From Hemiscyllium ocellatum (Eukaryota), in contig NC_083426.1 of NCBI RefSeq assembly GCF_020745735.1, forward strand, positions 13,020,001 through 13,084,000: a stretch of 64,000 nucleotides of DNA, read 5' to 3'. Below the pieces are notes generated by a model. It had not been told where the DNA came from, ran no database searches, and saw nothing but the letters and a program-made list of their open reading frames with translations. Of the stretch, positions 25,490 through 37,850 are shown piece by piece; positions within the stretch are counted from its first letter, which is position 1; every line of letters starts with the position of its first letter. The position numbers were made by a program, and so were the translations under genes.

Positions 25490-26043
25490 CAAACTTGACC
25501 AGACCCAATCTTTCCACTTCCTTAAATTCCCAATCAAGTTGAGATGGTTGACTTTTGACCTTATTGTGTGAAATGCTTCTTCGATGTAACTGATCCCTAC
25601 TCCCCATGTGGGTGAGAGCATCAATGATTAGCAAAAAGCAGTTAGAAAGCCAGTTAGACCATCACATTCATACACTCATACAGAAATAAAAGGCAAAGGG
25701 CTAAATCTTGTGATATTTTGGCTAAGTGCCAATCTTGTCGCCTTTCATGGGGGATTTCTATCCATGAGGCCTATGGAATTTTCTCACATTATCACGTCAA
25801 ACTTAGCTCATTATTTACCTGCTCCCTGTCTATGGTTCCTCTCCCCCATCCAATGCTAGCCCAATTTCACCACTCAGTGTAGCAATAATGACTGGCTATT
25901 ACCCAGACATTGCAAGAATGGACTGCCATCCCGGGTCTCGGGTGGCATTTTTGAAAAGATGTTGAGCACCTGGTCAAGAACAGCCCAGAGCTGCCCTGCT
26001 TGGTCATGACATTCATCAAGATATAGTAGAAAAGGAGAATTTG

Positions 26044-26810
26044 GTGCCCCACTTCATTGACAGGGACCTGGTGATCCTGGGGGTTGGGATACTACAGAAG
26101 AAGGAAGCTCGCTTCCCCCAAGGCTGGTAGAAGTGGGCACAGCTCCAGAGCCTACCTGCCTGGTCCAAATTTGCCACCCAGATCACGATGATCTCAGCCA
26201 TCCAGAAATATGCCCACGCTCTCGGAATAAGATCAATGGCCTTCTCCACTCTACAAGAGTAAGTGTCACTATCTTCTCTCTCCTACCTCATACTCCATCT
26301 GTCTCTGCTACCACAACCACCTCCCACCAAGGCTCACACAGTACCACTATTGCATATTGTATCTTCCCTCACTCGTTTTTATCCAGCCCAATTCCCCCAC
26401 ATGGCTAGCTGTACATGCCTCTGAACTATCTACTCAAGCAGGCTAAAGTGAGGACTGCAGATGCTGGGGATTAGAGTCGAGAATGTGGAGCTGGAAAAGC
26501 ACAGCAGATCAGGCAACAACAGAGGAGCAGGAAAATCAATGATTCAGGCAAAAGCCCTTCATCAGGAATGGTCGATTTTCCTGCTCCTCGGATGCTGCCT
26601 GACCTGCTATGCCTATCTACTCAAGCACTCAGGACACTTTTTCCCCATTGCACCAATACTAACAGCAGTGCCACCCAATTTCATCTCACTCAATCCTTCT
26701 CGTTCCAGGCGGGAGCAGCCCACAAGAGGGCAGAAAGAGTCAAGACAGGTGGTGAGCTACCTGACATTTGGCTTCTCAACCCCTCTGAGAAGAGGATTCG
26801 GATTGTGACT
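26044..26810 (+). pseudogene. Harbinger/PIF transposon Myb/SANT-like gene relic (two exons: ~26044-26258, 26709-~26810)
   Basis: VPHFIDRDLVIL...AW...RNKINGLLHSTR|gtaagt then ttccag|AGAAHKRAERVKTGGELPDIWLLNPSEKR. Matches the MSANTD/NAIF1-type PRFSxxxLExL...RKKxNDL...RERxKTGGGPP pattern; contains a stop and a frameshift. Confidence 0.7.
26441..26612. mobile_element. Penelope-like fold-back element, family 1 (in intron of Harbinger relic)
   Basis: Inverted arms; perfect 15-bp TSD ctatctactcaagca (26426-26440, 26613-26627). Confidence 0.88.
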
Positions 26811-29227
26811 ATCCCAAGGGATGAACTGACACTGCACACACCTGGACTGACATGGGAAGCTGCCCTTGACTTATTGTGCCAAGATCCCCTGAATGAAGGG
26901 GGTCTCCCTTGACATGACGGAGACTACTCCCTGTAGGTGTTGAGGCATGGCCATACAGTTGAAGCACAATATCATGTGCAATTGCTGTGTAGGCTGCAGG
27001 CACATAATGCAGGTATGAGATTGGCATATTACAGTGCCATATAGCAACCTGTCTGACAACTGCCTACACTCATGACCAACAGCCTGGCACTAAAAGACAA
27101 GGCAGGACATGGATGCTGTCCGTGCCCAGGTAGGCTCAAAGTGAGTGAGCACTATGACAGCAAGTGAGAAACCCTGAGGTGCAGCCTGCTCCAATCTGTG
27201 AGCTCTGTTCAAAGTATCTTTGCAATGACATTGTAACAATAGGTGCCAGTGCAGTGCAAATTGCAGCATGGCATTGTAGCAGAGTACCTTAAGTGGGCAG
27301 AGATGTGCCTTGAAGATGTGTTGAGGCTGACAGTTGTCAGATGCTAGTATCTGTGGGTGTGCATGTGGTCGATGCACTGAAGTGTGTCCTTGGGCATTGA
27401 TGCTGGGTGTCCACTGGTCTGGATCACCCAGGCACCCACACTGCCTTCCTTGCTGGGAATTCTCGGTCTCTACTTTCCAAGCTGCAGGTGGTGGGATAAG
27501 ATCCTCATAATGAGCAGTGGGACTTGCAGTTACTGAGGGTAATAAAGATAAAAATTATGTCGATGCATAGGCTCACACGGCTCATTAATGAGAATTTCAC
27601 CTCAACATCTTGAACTCTGTTGGAAAACATGAGTTAGAATCATACAGTAAAGAAGAGCCCCTTTGGCCCATCAAGTCTGCACTAACAAAGCTACACTAAA
27701 TTACACTAGTCCCACTTTCCAACATTACGCCATAGCCTTTATTGCTCTGAATATCACAGAACAGCTCACTCAACTTCTTTTCTTCATTGCCTATGTCATT
27801 CAAGGCCCTAGAAGATTCCACCCTCAGTTCAGTTTCCTATGTTTCAGTTTGATAATCCTTCATTTGGGCTTAACAGTTCTTATGATGTAATGAAAAGTTG
27901 TCACTCCCTCACTTAATTATTCCTAACTCTTAAATAAAGTATGAAAGAGAGTAAAACACTAAAGTGTATAAATTAATAGTTCTTTATTAATCACAAATTT
28001 TGTATTTTGTTCTATATGAAAGTATTTCAATGACAATTTGTTCATTTCTTAAAAGCCTTTCAGAGATTATGGTGAAGATATCACTTATGACATGGAAACA
28101 AGCAAATCCCTCAATTGGACAAAAGACTTTCCTACTTATATTTGTGATAAGCAAAAGTATGAACAAAAGGAGCCTATCTAATTAGCAAGCACTGCTAATT
28201 CTGGAGAATGGATTCAATGATCTACACTTGGATTTCAATATCGCTTCTCTCATCAGTACTTTAAACTCTCATACTAACATCAGAAGAACAGTCTGAAGGT
28301 TCCATTTTAATCAATGTTTTCATTCCCATCTGTTGCCTGGGTGATCGGCAAGAAATGTGGATATTGTTGCTGATGTCATTAACAAACTGTTTTCTTCCAG
28401 TCCATTCTCTATTACTGGTAAATCCTTAATTAAAGGGACTAATGTCTATACTCAAATTTCAACCAGAGAAACACCACATGGACAAATTGTATACTCATCC
28501 AGTGATGCCCCGACAATGATTTCTTGGTAAATTATCTCTCTCTGCCTTTATGAATTCTTTTTATAAAAACATTGTCGTCTTTACCAGATGTATCATGTCA
28601 TCAATTATGTGTATTGCATCAACTGTACACACAGCAAATTAGTTGCACAATCACTTATACAGTGGCAACAAAGAAAGAAGTTCAACTTGTTAACAAATTA
28701 AGTATTTTGCTAATAAACTGTCACTTAAACAATGTAAGTTCAAATATTTGGTGACAATCTTCTCATAAATGTACATTGAATGTACAGGGATGATATGTGA
28801 CTCAGAAGGCATGGAAACGAATGCAGTTTACATAGCCAGTTATTATTGAATGTTACTGTCTTAAAGTAGACAATCATTGGATTAAAAATGGTGATACAAG
28901 AAGGTAGGTTTTCATTAAGCTACCTGTTAATTCCCTAAAAATGAAAGCTTCTTCTGAGCTCTAAAACATTGTTTGTTCAAATAACAATGTCAGGTTGTCC
29001 CTGGACCATGTTTGTAAGGTCACAAAGAACGTGCATGCATTATGATCACAGCTGATGTTATGAGTGGATAAATCAAACATCAGGCTGAAACCCGACTTGA
29101 TAGATTTTTTTTGTTGGTTTTAACAAGATGATCTTACACTGGAACCTGAACATGCAATGCTGCAGATTTAGTTTTAACAATAAAACATTTGTTATAGAAA
29201 GAAATGAAAATACAATAGAATAGGGTG

Positions 29228-29505
29228 TGATGGTGGCTCAGTGGTTAGGACTGCTGCCTCATAGCGCCAGGGACCTGGGTTCAATTCCCACCTCTGTCTG
29301 TGTGGAGTTTGCACATTCTCCCCGTGTCTGTGTGGGTTTCCTCCCACAGTCCAAAGATATGCAGGTTAGGTGAATTGGCCAAGCTAAATTATCCGTAGTG
29401 TTAGGTGCATTAGTCAGGGTTAAAAATAGGGGAATGGGTCTGGGTGGGTTGCTCTTTGGAGGGTTGGTGTGGACTTGTTGGGCCGAAGGGCTTGTTTCCA
29501 CACTT
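29228..29505 (+). mobile_element. HE1-type V-SINE
   Basis: ggtggctcagtggttagg head, V-domain, gggccgaagggc tail. Confidence 0.9.
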
Positions 29506-29967
29506 TCTCAACCAAAGTATTTAAAGATAACATGTTTAAGATTTCAAAATACATAGCACAATGCAATCTTATTAATCCGAACTGTATAGAGTTTGATTTA
29601 GTTGTGGCCTCAATAATGAGAATTTGATAGCCTCTTCCTTGATTCTTCATACAGTTGAGCTTAGACTTTCTCAGCTTCATGTAACTTCTTCAAGGTTTTA
29701 ATTGAAAACTTCTGGGTTGGAATTTTTAAACTAAACTAACAATTCTGAAATATCTCACTTTCTCAGGCGTAACTGTTTCATCTTACCAGTTCCAACCAAG
29801 ACATCTGAAAACTGACAAAACTGAAGCCCAAAAGCTCTTCCCAAGCTCTGGGTCTTTCCTTTAATCAAAAGAAAACCAATGCCATAATTCACTTGAGAAA
29901 GTGTGCCCCAGAGCCCCAGAGTTGTATCAAAAATTAAAGATTAATCAAATAGATTCACAGAAAACAC

Positions 29968-30939
29968 TGTTGTATATAACAAGAATCAATATTTATAATT
30001 GTGAATCGATTCTAACCAGAGGCAAACAAAATGATTAATTATCAAAATGTATAACTTACTAGCTAAAACTCTACCCCTGTGTTTAATCCTTCAACACACA
30101 TTCAGACAGACTCAACAAACAAACAGGCATGGAAGTTAAAAATACAGGAATGAAAATTGGGGAAAAGTAGATCAATAACATCAATGCACAAGATTCAATG
30201 AGATATCCCTTTTGCTTCTTCCAAGACGTTCAGTTCTCCAATCACTTTACATCCATATCCTTTCACAGGGCATTTGAAGCAGTAATTGTACAATCTTCCA
30301 GTCGCTGCTGGGAGGCAACAGCTTTCAGTAACTGATGGGAGAAAATAGCCAGCTTTCTTTCAGGTTTTAGTTACTTCACTGCAAGTTGCTCACCTGTTTA
30401 GCAGCCAATCAGAGAATTATTGTCCTGCTGATGATATCAGGGCCCTCAACAGCCCCGATTGCACAAACAAATCAGAAATCTGACTCTGGATCAAGCTTGC
30501 ACCAATCCCCCGATGCCATGGCATCTTAGGCATCTACCCTCACTGCTTGAACAAAGCAACTGTGTAAACACAACTCACAATGAGTTCCTTCAATTTGTTT
30601 TTAAAAATGTGGCAGCTCTTTCAGCCAATATTGTTTTATAGCAGAATCTTCTTTTCTCATTTTGGTCCTTAATCCAAAATAAAGAAATATGAAAAGATAT
30701 GTTTTTTACATCAACCTCTTTCCTTCTAAATTGAAACTTAATGTACATTCTTTGCTTTGAAACTCTCCCAATGGAAACAAAAACTCATTGCACACTTGGA
30801 AATAAATAAATAAATCACCATGGCTTCAGAAATACATATGAGTTAATCCTTAAACTTCAGGCACACAAAAAACCCATAGCTCACTAGTTCAAAATCCAAA
30901 CTTAAAAATGAATTATTAAAATATAGATATATCACAACA
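29968..30939. mobile_element. Possible solo LTR
   Basis: Begins tgttgtatat and ends atatcacaaca (TG...CA with short inverted termini); AT-rich; no matching TSD found. Confidence 0.4.
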
Positions 30940-31754
30940 TCTTACAATACATTTAGTATAATATAATTTGGTCTTGAAAACAAGTTTACTGAACAATGCT
31001 AAGTATTCTATGACTGTTGAGGCTCCCACCTTAATATTCACAATCGTGCTTTAAAGGGGTTTCTTTTTTACTTCACTGCTCCTCCATTATAGAAATAGAA
31101 AAAGGCATGGTGAAAACTTTTAGTCTTCTGTAACAAGCAACTTATTGATTCAATTTTTTTTTTAATCTCATGTACTCTTGAGTCCTGTGGTGCTGACCAG
31201 AAACTACAGCTCAAATCCCACATCAGGAATTGTTGACTATAAAAGATGCATTTGTTACATGCCCATTTAGGTTGATTGTCTGCCTGGAAATTTTCCCAAT
31301 ATGTCGTCGTCTGAATCTCCTGATTAACCATCCTGCAGAAGGCAATGGCAAACCACTGCAGTAATTTGCCCATAAACATGAATAATCTACAAAGGTTTCC
31401 AGGCTCAAACTTTGGAAAAATGAGGACAGGAGAAATGACTGATCTTTGACCAGACAATATTTATCACACATGAACACATAACTATTTATTCTGTGCCTAG
31501 CATCGAGATGGCTGTGGTACCCAATGATCAGCTCTGACAAACCTAAAATAGTTGAGGATGATTACAATCATGGAAAAAAGAAATGATTATCCTTTACCAA
31601 ATATATTCACATTTCCTCTAATAATGAATATGATCTGAGCAACAACCATTTGGTAACATCTATACCTCGTAACCCTCAGTCAACGAATGAGATAGCTACC
31701 CACAGCATGGCCTCCATACCACCAACACTGCCAAATACCTATTAACATAGGTGG

Positions 31755-32095
31755 GCGGCATGGTGGCACAGTGGTTAGCACTGCTGCCTCACAGCGCCAG
31801 AGACCTGGGTTCAATTCCCACCTCATGTGATTAACTGTGTGGAGTTTGCACATTCTCCCCATGTCTGCGTGGGTTTCCTCCGGGTGCTCTGGTTTCCTCC
31901 CACAGTCCAAAGATGTGTGGGTCAGGTGAATTGGCCATGCTAAATTGCCCATCGTGTTAGGTAAGAGATAACTGTAGGGGTATGTGTGGGTTGCGCTTTG
32001 GGGGTTGTGGGTCAGTGTGGACTTGTTGGGCCTGTTTCCATGCTGGGCCGAAGGGCCTGTTTCCACACTATAAGTAATCTAATCTAATCTAAACA
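31755..32095 (+). mobile_element. HE1-type V-SINE with (taatc)n tail
   Basis: ggcggcatggtggcacagtggttagcactgctgcc head; V-domain; taatctaatctaatcta tail. Confidence 0.92.
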
Positions 32096-32914
32096 TAAAC
32101 TGGTAGGTTACCTGCTCATACAATAAAAGACCAAATGCTAAGTATGGGTGAAAAGTTCATTATTCCTCAGCCGTGGTAGTTCATCGAGTAGTTACAAATT
32201 TCAGCTGTCAGGATACTCACAGCTAGCCTGGGTAAACAGAACTGCAACAAACACTAAAGAAGGTCAATGGTCTCCAGGATAGAACAGATTGTTTGAAGTG
32301 CCTGTGTCACTTCAAAACCTATTTTTCCTCTTTGAGTAGATTTAGAATGTGATATATGTGATGAATTTGAGCATTATATCTTAATAAAAAGCCACTTTGG
32401 ACAGGTTTAAACAGTTACAGATTTCAGCCACCAACACAAAAAGACCAATGGTTAAGTGAATCAAGTGCCAAAGATCTGAGGCAGTAAAGTTCATTGACCA
32501 GGTCAAGGCTTATTCAATCTGCCATTGGCTGCTATTCATTTTGGGAAAAGCAGGAAATGGTTTTGAGGTCAATATTACGAGAGAGGGAGGGGAATGCAAG
32601 AGCAGATGGCCTGTGGAGATGGGGTTGCACATTCATGAATTCCTTAAGGTGGCAGGGCAAGGTAACAAGGCAACTATGAGATCCTTGAGTTTGCAAATAG
32701 TAGCATTAAATAGGAAACAGGAAGTTATACTTGAACCTTTCCTCATCACAGATTTTATCTCACTTAAGGGAAGGAAATGGCCTAGTGCTATTATTGCTAG
32801 ATTATTAATTCAGAACTTAGATAATGTTCTGGGGCACCAGAGCTTGAGTCCTAGTCACAGTGGCATTTGAATACAAAATCTGGACTTAAGCATCTAATAA
32901 TGACCATTAGCTGA

Positions 32915-33018
32915 CCAGCTCTGATGAAAAATCATCTAGACTCGAAATGTTAGCTTGCTGTCTCTCCAGGTATGCTGCCCGACCTATTGTGATTTACAGC
33001 ATTTTTTTGTTTTCAGTA
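32915..33018 (+). mobile_element. Penelope-like terminal fragment with degenerate hammerhead motif (family 4)
   Basis: gct CTGATGA aaaatcatctagactc GAAAT GTT agc (32918-32954); helix I GCT/AGC kept, helix II broken. Confidence 0.5.
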
Positions 33019-33265
33019 CGATTTCCTGAGGTGCTTGGAGTCTGTTAAATTCAACAACATGAGTGTCCGATGCTTCTTCAGTGAAATTGACTGGAAGGGA
33101 AGCCTTTCACATTGAAAGTGAAGAGCTCCAGTCATGGTCAGGTGTGAGGTTACTGTTCATCACACTGTTTCTCAGAGCCTACTGTCTTTGAATAAGCGGG
33201 GATATCAATGTCTTCGCCGACAGTTCACCTGCCTGGCACTTCACTCCCCTCTGCTTTCATCACAG

Positions 33266-33365
33266 CATGGCAATATGATACGTAGCTCTACCTACTATCT
33301 CTGACAAACAGTACGGGGAACAACAAAATGACACTGACACAACAGGAGCAACTTTCTCCTCTGCT
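33266..33365 (+). CDS. Probable second cytoplasmic exon (frame-disrupted ITIM-like YVAL; or shorter in-frame form 33312-33365)
   Basis: Strong acceptor cccctctgctttcatcacag and donor GCT|gtaagg. The 100-bp exon read in phase 0 stops early (HGNMIRSSTYYL*); the +1 frame reads YVALPTISDKQYGEQQNDTDTTGATFSSA. Confidence 0.55.
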
Positions 33366-35029
33366 GTAAGGCACTTGACGAAGCAAAGGAAAGTTCCAAG
33401 AGGGGAGGAACCCAAACCAGGGTCTATAGGCAGAGGATCATTTTCTTGATGTGTCTGAGCACCAGTGTCTTAGGAGGTTCAGCTTATCTCAGCATGTCAT
33501 TACTATCATTCATAGCCTTCCGCAACACTCCCTTCTTCACACTGGATCAGATGGGCTACATCGCCAATGGCTATTAAAATGGCTGTCACTGAAGGGAAAC
33601 ACTCCCCAGCCACCACCTCACTCAGGTCCCCAACTCTCCCTGAACCTATGCCTTCTCTTCTCCTGCAAAGGAGAGAAAGTAGAGACAAATGAGGGTGAGG
33701 AATGCTGTTTGTGAATAGGAGGGACACTGGCAGAGAAACACAGTAAAATGTGACTACAGAAGGTTGCAGAATGGTGTGAGGTGTGGTGATGAGGTGCCCA
33801 GATAGAGAGTAATGTATGAAGCTGTAAGCTGTGCTCTCCTGAGGATGGCTGCTCAGAGAATCCTGGGAAAGTCAGAGTGTGGGACTTGACGATTGAAAGT
33901 GTTGTGCCACTCATCTTTCCCATCCTCCTGACACCCTGATCTTGGCACACTGTCTCCACATTGGAGGAGCCTCACTTTCACTGCAGACCTCCTTCACCGC
34001 TGCTCTCTACAGCTGTTGGGCTGCTATGGTGGTTCTCTTCCTGACATCCCTGGGAGAGCTGACCTCACTACAGCTCCTCAGATCTTCGACCAAAGTGTCC
34101 ACATTAGACTTGTGAGCAGTGGGGAGGCAATCTTCCCCGGTCTGATTGGAATTCTTATATTTTCTGCAGCCTCACAATCGCTCTGATACTCTCAGGTTCC
34201 TTTAATTAGAAATCATTCATTTGAGCCACCCCAACCTGCCTTATTCTCACAAGATATGCTATTCAGAAATACAAATCAACAGAGTGCAGAATGGCTATGG
34301 TTACTTTAAGGCATGCATTCGGACATGGCCTAACTATTATTCCCACAATTTTTAGGTACAAAACTTCCAAAAGGACAGGCAAACAGTACAAAAAGGTTTT
34401 GCAGCAAAGAAGATGATACAGAGGAAGCAAGACTGGGATTGAATTCTGTGGTAGTAATCTTCCAAAAATCCTTAGATCCCGGATAAGTCCCAGACTACTG
34501 GAAAATTGTCAATTAACGCCTTTATTTACAAAGGGACCCATTTGGAGAAAAGATAATGATTAGGCAGTCAGATTAACATATTTTATTGGGAAATTGTTAG
34601 AGTCTGTTATAAAGGAGCAGAACATCTAGAAAAACATAAAATGATCAAGTCGAGTCAGCGTGACTTCACAGAAGGGAATGCATACCCAACAATTTATTAG
34701 AATTCTTTGAGAAAGTAATAAGCAGGATAGATAAAGGGAATGCAGTGGATATAATACATTAAGAGTTTCTGAACAGGTTTGAGAAGATGCCACTCACTAG
34801 ACTACTTAATAAGAGAGGAGCTTATGGTTGGAAGTTGTATATTAGTATGGATTGAGGATTGTCTAAATAATAGATGACAGATTTAGGGTAAGGAGGGCAT
34901 TTTTCTGCGCAATTTGTAAGTACTGGAGTGTCATGGAAATCATAATAATTCATAATATATATTAATGACTCGGATTAGAAAAGTGAATGTACTATAGCCA
35001 TTTGTGAATGACACAAAAATAGACATGAT

Positions 35030-35420
35030 GTGGAGGAGCCAGTGTTGAACAGGGCTGGACAAAGTTAAAGGAGAAAGTGAGGACTGCAGATGCTGGAGAT
35101 CAGAGCTGAAAATGTGTTGCTGGAAAAGCGCAGCAGGTCAGGCAGCATCCAAGGAACAGGAAATTCGACGTTTCTGGTGTAAGAAAAAGGGCTTATGCCC
35201 AAAACGTCGAATTCCCTGTTCCTTGGATGCTGCCTGACCTGCTGCGCTTTTCCAGCAACACATTTTCAGCTCTGGACAAAGTTAAAAGTCACATGGCTAT
35301 AACTTCTGTGTCTTATCATCTTATTCTCCACAACCACCTGATGAAGGAGCAGTGCTCTGAAAGCTAGTGCTTCCAAATAAACCTATTGGACTACAACCTG
35401 GTGTTGTTTGATTTTTAAGA
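35030..35420. mobile_element. Penelope-like family-2 element with nested family-1 fold-back (35070-35271)
   Basis: Family-2 ends (ccagtgttg...ggacaaagttaaa / ctacaacctggtgttgtttgattttt) split by a family-1 hairpin with 15-bp TSD ctggacaaagttaaa (35055-35069, 35272-35286). Confidence 0.88.
35335..35369 (+). ncRNA. Minimal type I hammerhead ribozyme motif (PLE-type)
   Basis: CAC-CTGATGA-A-GGAGC agt GCTCT-GAA-AGCT-A-GTG: complete core, helix II, palindromic AGCT helix III, CUA cleavage triplet, CAC/GTG helix I. Confidence 0.7.
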
Positions 35421-36699
35421 AACATAAAGGGGAAGGAAAGTGTTGAGGATGACATATAGAGGACAGTTTAAGTACAAAACCTTGCCAGATGGAATATAAT
35501 GTATTAAAATGTGAGGTTACACACTTCTTGCTATCAAACTAAATTTAATTTCTTACTAAACAGGCAACCCTGGTTCCTCTGCCCATTTGCCTTTCCTTTC
35601 AATCAGATATGTATCCTTGGATGTTTCATTCCCAGCCCTAGTTCCCCTTGCAGCCACTTTGTGATACCCTCAGGAATATTTTGGGATTAATGAGATTATC
35701 ACTCTACTGTGTGCTGAAGCATTTTTTTTATAAACTGTTAGTTTGGTTTAATTATTTTCATTATTTATTTTGTTAATAAACTTCAATTTTATACATAAAA
35801 TCTGCAGCATTACATCCATAAATTTCAGCAAACGACTGTGTTAATACTATTAAATAAAATATGATCTATGAAGCCAGGTTTCAGTCTGGGGTCTGATTTA
35901 TCCTGTAGTAACTTGAACTCGGATCATAACATACTAGACAATCACTTTGCAATCACATCTTCAACTCATTCACACAGGATTAGCTGAAACCAGAATCATT
36001 GCTGCATTTGATGCTCTAATCTCTCAGCCCCCCATTCAGTTTCAGTGTATTTTGTTTCAATTGCCTCTAAATTGATCTTATTGTGCAACAGTCTAACCCT
36101 GTTAATGCAACCATTTCCTTTAATCCTAATCTAGAATGATCTGGTCACTCCCAACGCAAGCAATTCAATGTAAAAATTTAATGCTGAATCATGACATTTA
36201 AGTGGCTCCATCAACAACGTTCATCAAGTTGCGCCTTTATAGCACCAACATGGAGCTTGACAATGGGACCAACCAGCAGCACAGCAGGAACTACTCAGCC
36301 TCCTGTTATAACGGCTCTCACCATGTCTTCCTCCACCATCAGCTCACCCAGGTTCATCTCTTAAACATTTTTCTGTTGTTAAGATAACCAACCAAATATT
36401 ATCTATGTCTATCTTAACAAAAGAACATATCAAAAAGTTTGATAATCAACATAATTATAGGTTGATTGTTTTAAAACATTAAATGCATTTTCAAGAATTG
36501 GTTCACATTCAGAATCAGTAAGATAGAAGTATGATTGTTTCTCTCTATGAATTTTCCTCAAAGACAAATGTAAACACAAACACTGACACAGCTCAGAAAA
36601 AGTCAATAATAAATAGATTTCTCTGCAGAGATTGACTTTCTGAAAAAGAAATACTTTGGCCAATTCATTCTTCTTGAAGGCAAATGGAAAGAGATGTTG

Positions 36700-36868
36700 C
36701 TAACTTAAGATTGATAAATTCTTAATGTCACAAGAAATTAAGGGCTACGGGGAGAATGCTGGTAAGTGGAGTTGAAATGCCCATCAGCCATGATTGAATG
36801 GTGGAGTGGACTTGATGGGCCGAATGGCCTTACTTCCACTCCTATGTCTTATGGTCTTATGGTCTTAA
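36700..36868 (+). mobile_element. Young CR1 subfamily 3' end with (tcttatgg)n tail
   Basis: aagggctacggggagaatg...cttacttccactcctatgtcttatggtcttatggtctta; nearly identical to 48900-49070 and 59831-60010. Confidence 0.88.
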
Positions 36869-37628
36869 ATCTGTTGCTTTAATGTTCTGGCTTGTGTGGT
36901 GAACTAACTAATCATGCACAATTTTCTCTGAAGTCTTGCAAACAGACATTGCATAGAAAATCCAATCTTGCAATATTCTTCTAACCCCTCTTTCAAAAGA
37001 ACAAACAGCAGTTCACTGACACCTTCACAAGAGCAACAAGAGATGGGCAATAGAAGCAGGCCAGCCTTCAGCCCACAGTTGAAGAGAAAAAAGATTTCCC
37101 CCTGCCCTGAAATAGAGGATTTTCTTTTCTGTAATGGGGATATACAGGCTTGTTATTTGATCTCCGCAGGCATCCTTCCTCCAACTCAAGTTTCTTCTAA
37201 GCAGGACTTGGTACCTGAACCTGATTTACTTTAAGCCAGTCACTACTCATCCCAGAGTACAGCACAATATGCAGTTAGCATTATATGTGATTGAAAGGAA
37301 AACTTCTTAAAAGACATCTCCAAGTTACATAATGAATTTTGATGAACCTTTTTAAAGAAATTACTCCAGATATGTTCCCAGGGATAGAAATAAACCCATT
37401 TGGTTTTCAGCATGAAGAAATCCATGAATGCTTGTATCTTTGCTGTTCTTGACAACATTTGACTTTGTCCTGCTGCGTACCTGAGGTAAGTTACTTAAAC
37501 CTTTGCAGATTGACATCATGGTGAAAACAATTGCCAAATCATCTGAATGTAGTTTCCTGAACAATTGTTCCACTTGTTACAAGTGGCCATTCCATGTATC
37601 ACAGTAATCCTGTACACAGTTCAGAACA

Positions 37629-37850
37629 CTAGGAGAAAGTGAGGACTGCAGATGATGGAGATCAGAGTCGAGAGTGTGGTGCTGGAAAAGCACAGCAGGT
37701 CGGACAGCATCCGAGGAGCAGGAGAATCATTGTTTCGGGCATGAGCCCTTCATCAGGTAGGGTTGATGAAAGGTTCATGCCTGAAATGTCAACTCACCCG
37801 CTCCTCAGATGCTGCCTGACCTGCTGTGCTTTTCCAGCACCACACTCTCA
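37629..37850. mobile_element. Penelope-like fold-back element, family 1
   Basis: Full inverted arms; antisense CTGATGAAGGGCTCATGCCCGAAAC; perfect 11-bp TSD agttcagaaca (37618-37628, 37851-37861). Confidence 0.9.

Noticed and set aside
34170-34205. Possible last exon (PHNRSDTLRFL*)
   Set aside because: Only an acceptor-like sequence; no motif or other support
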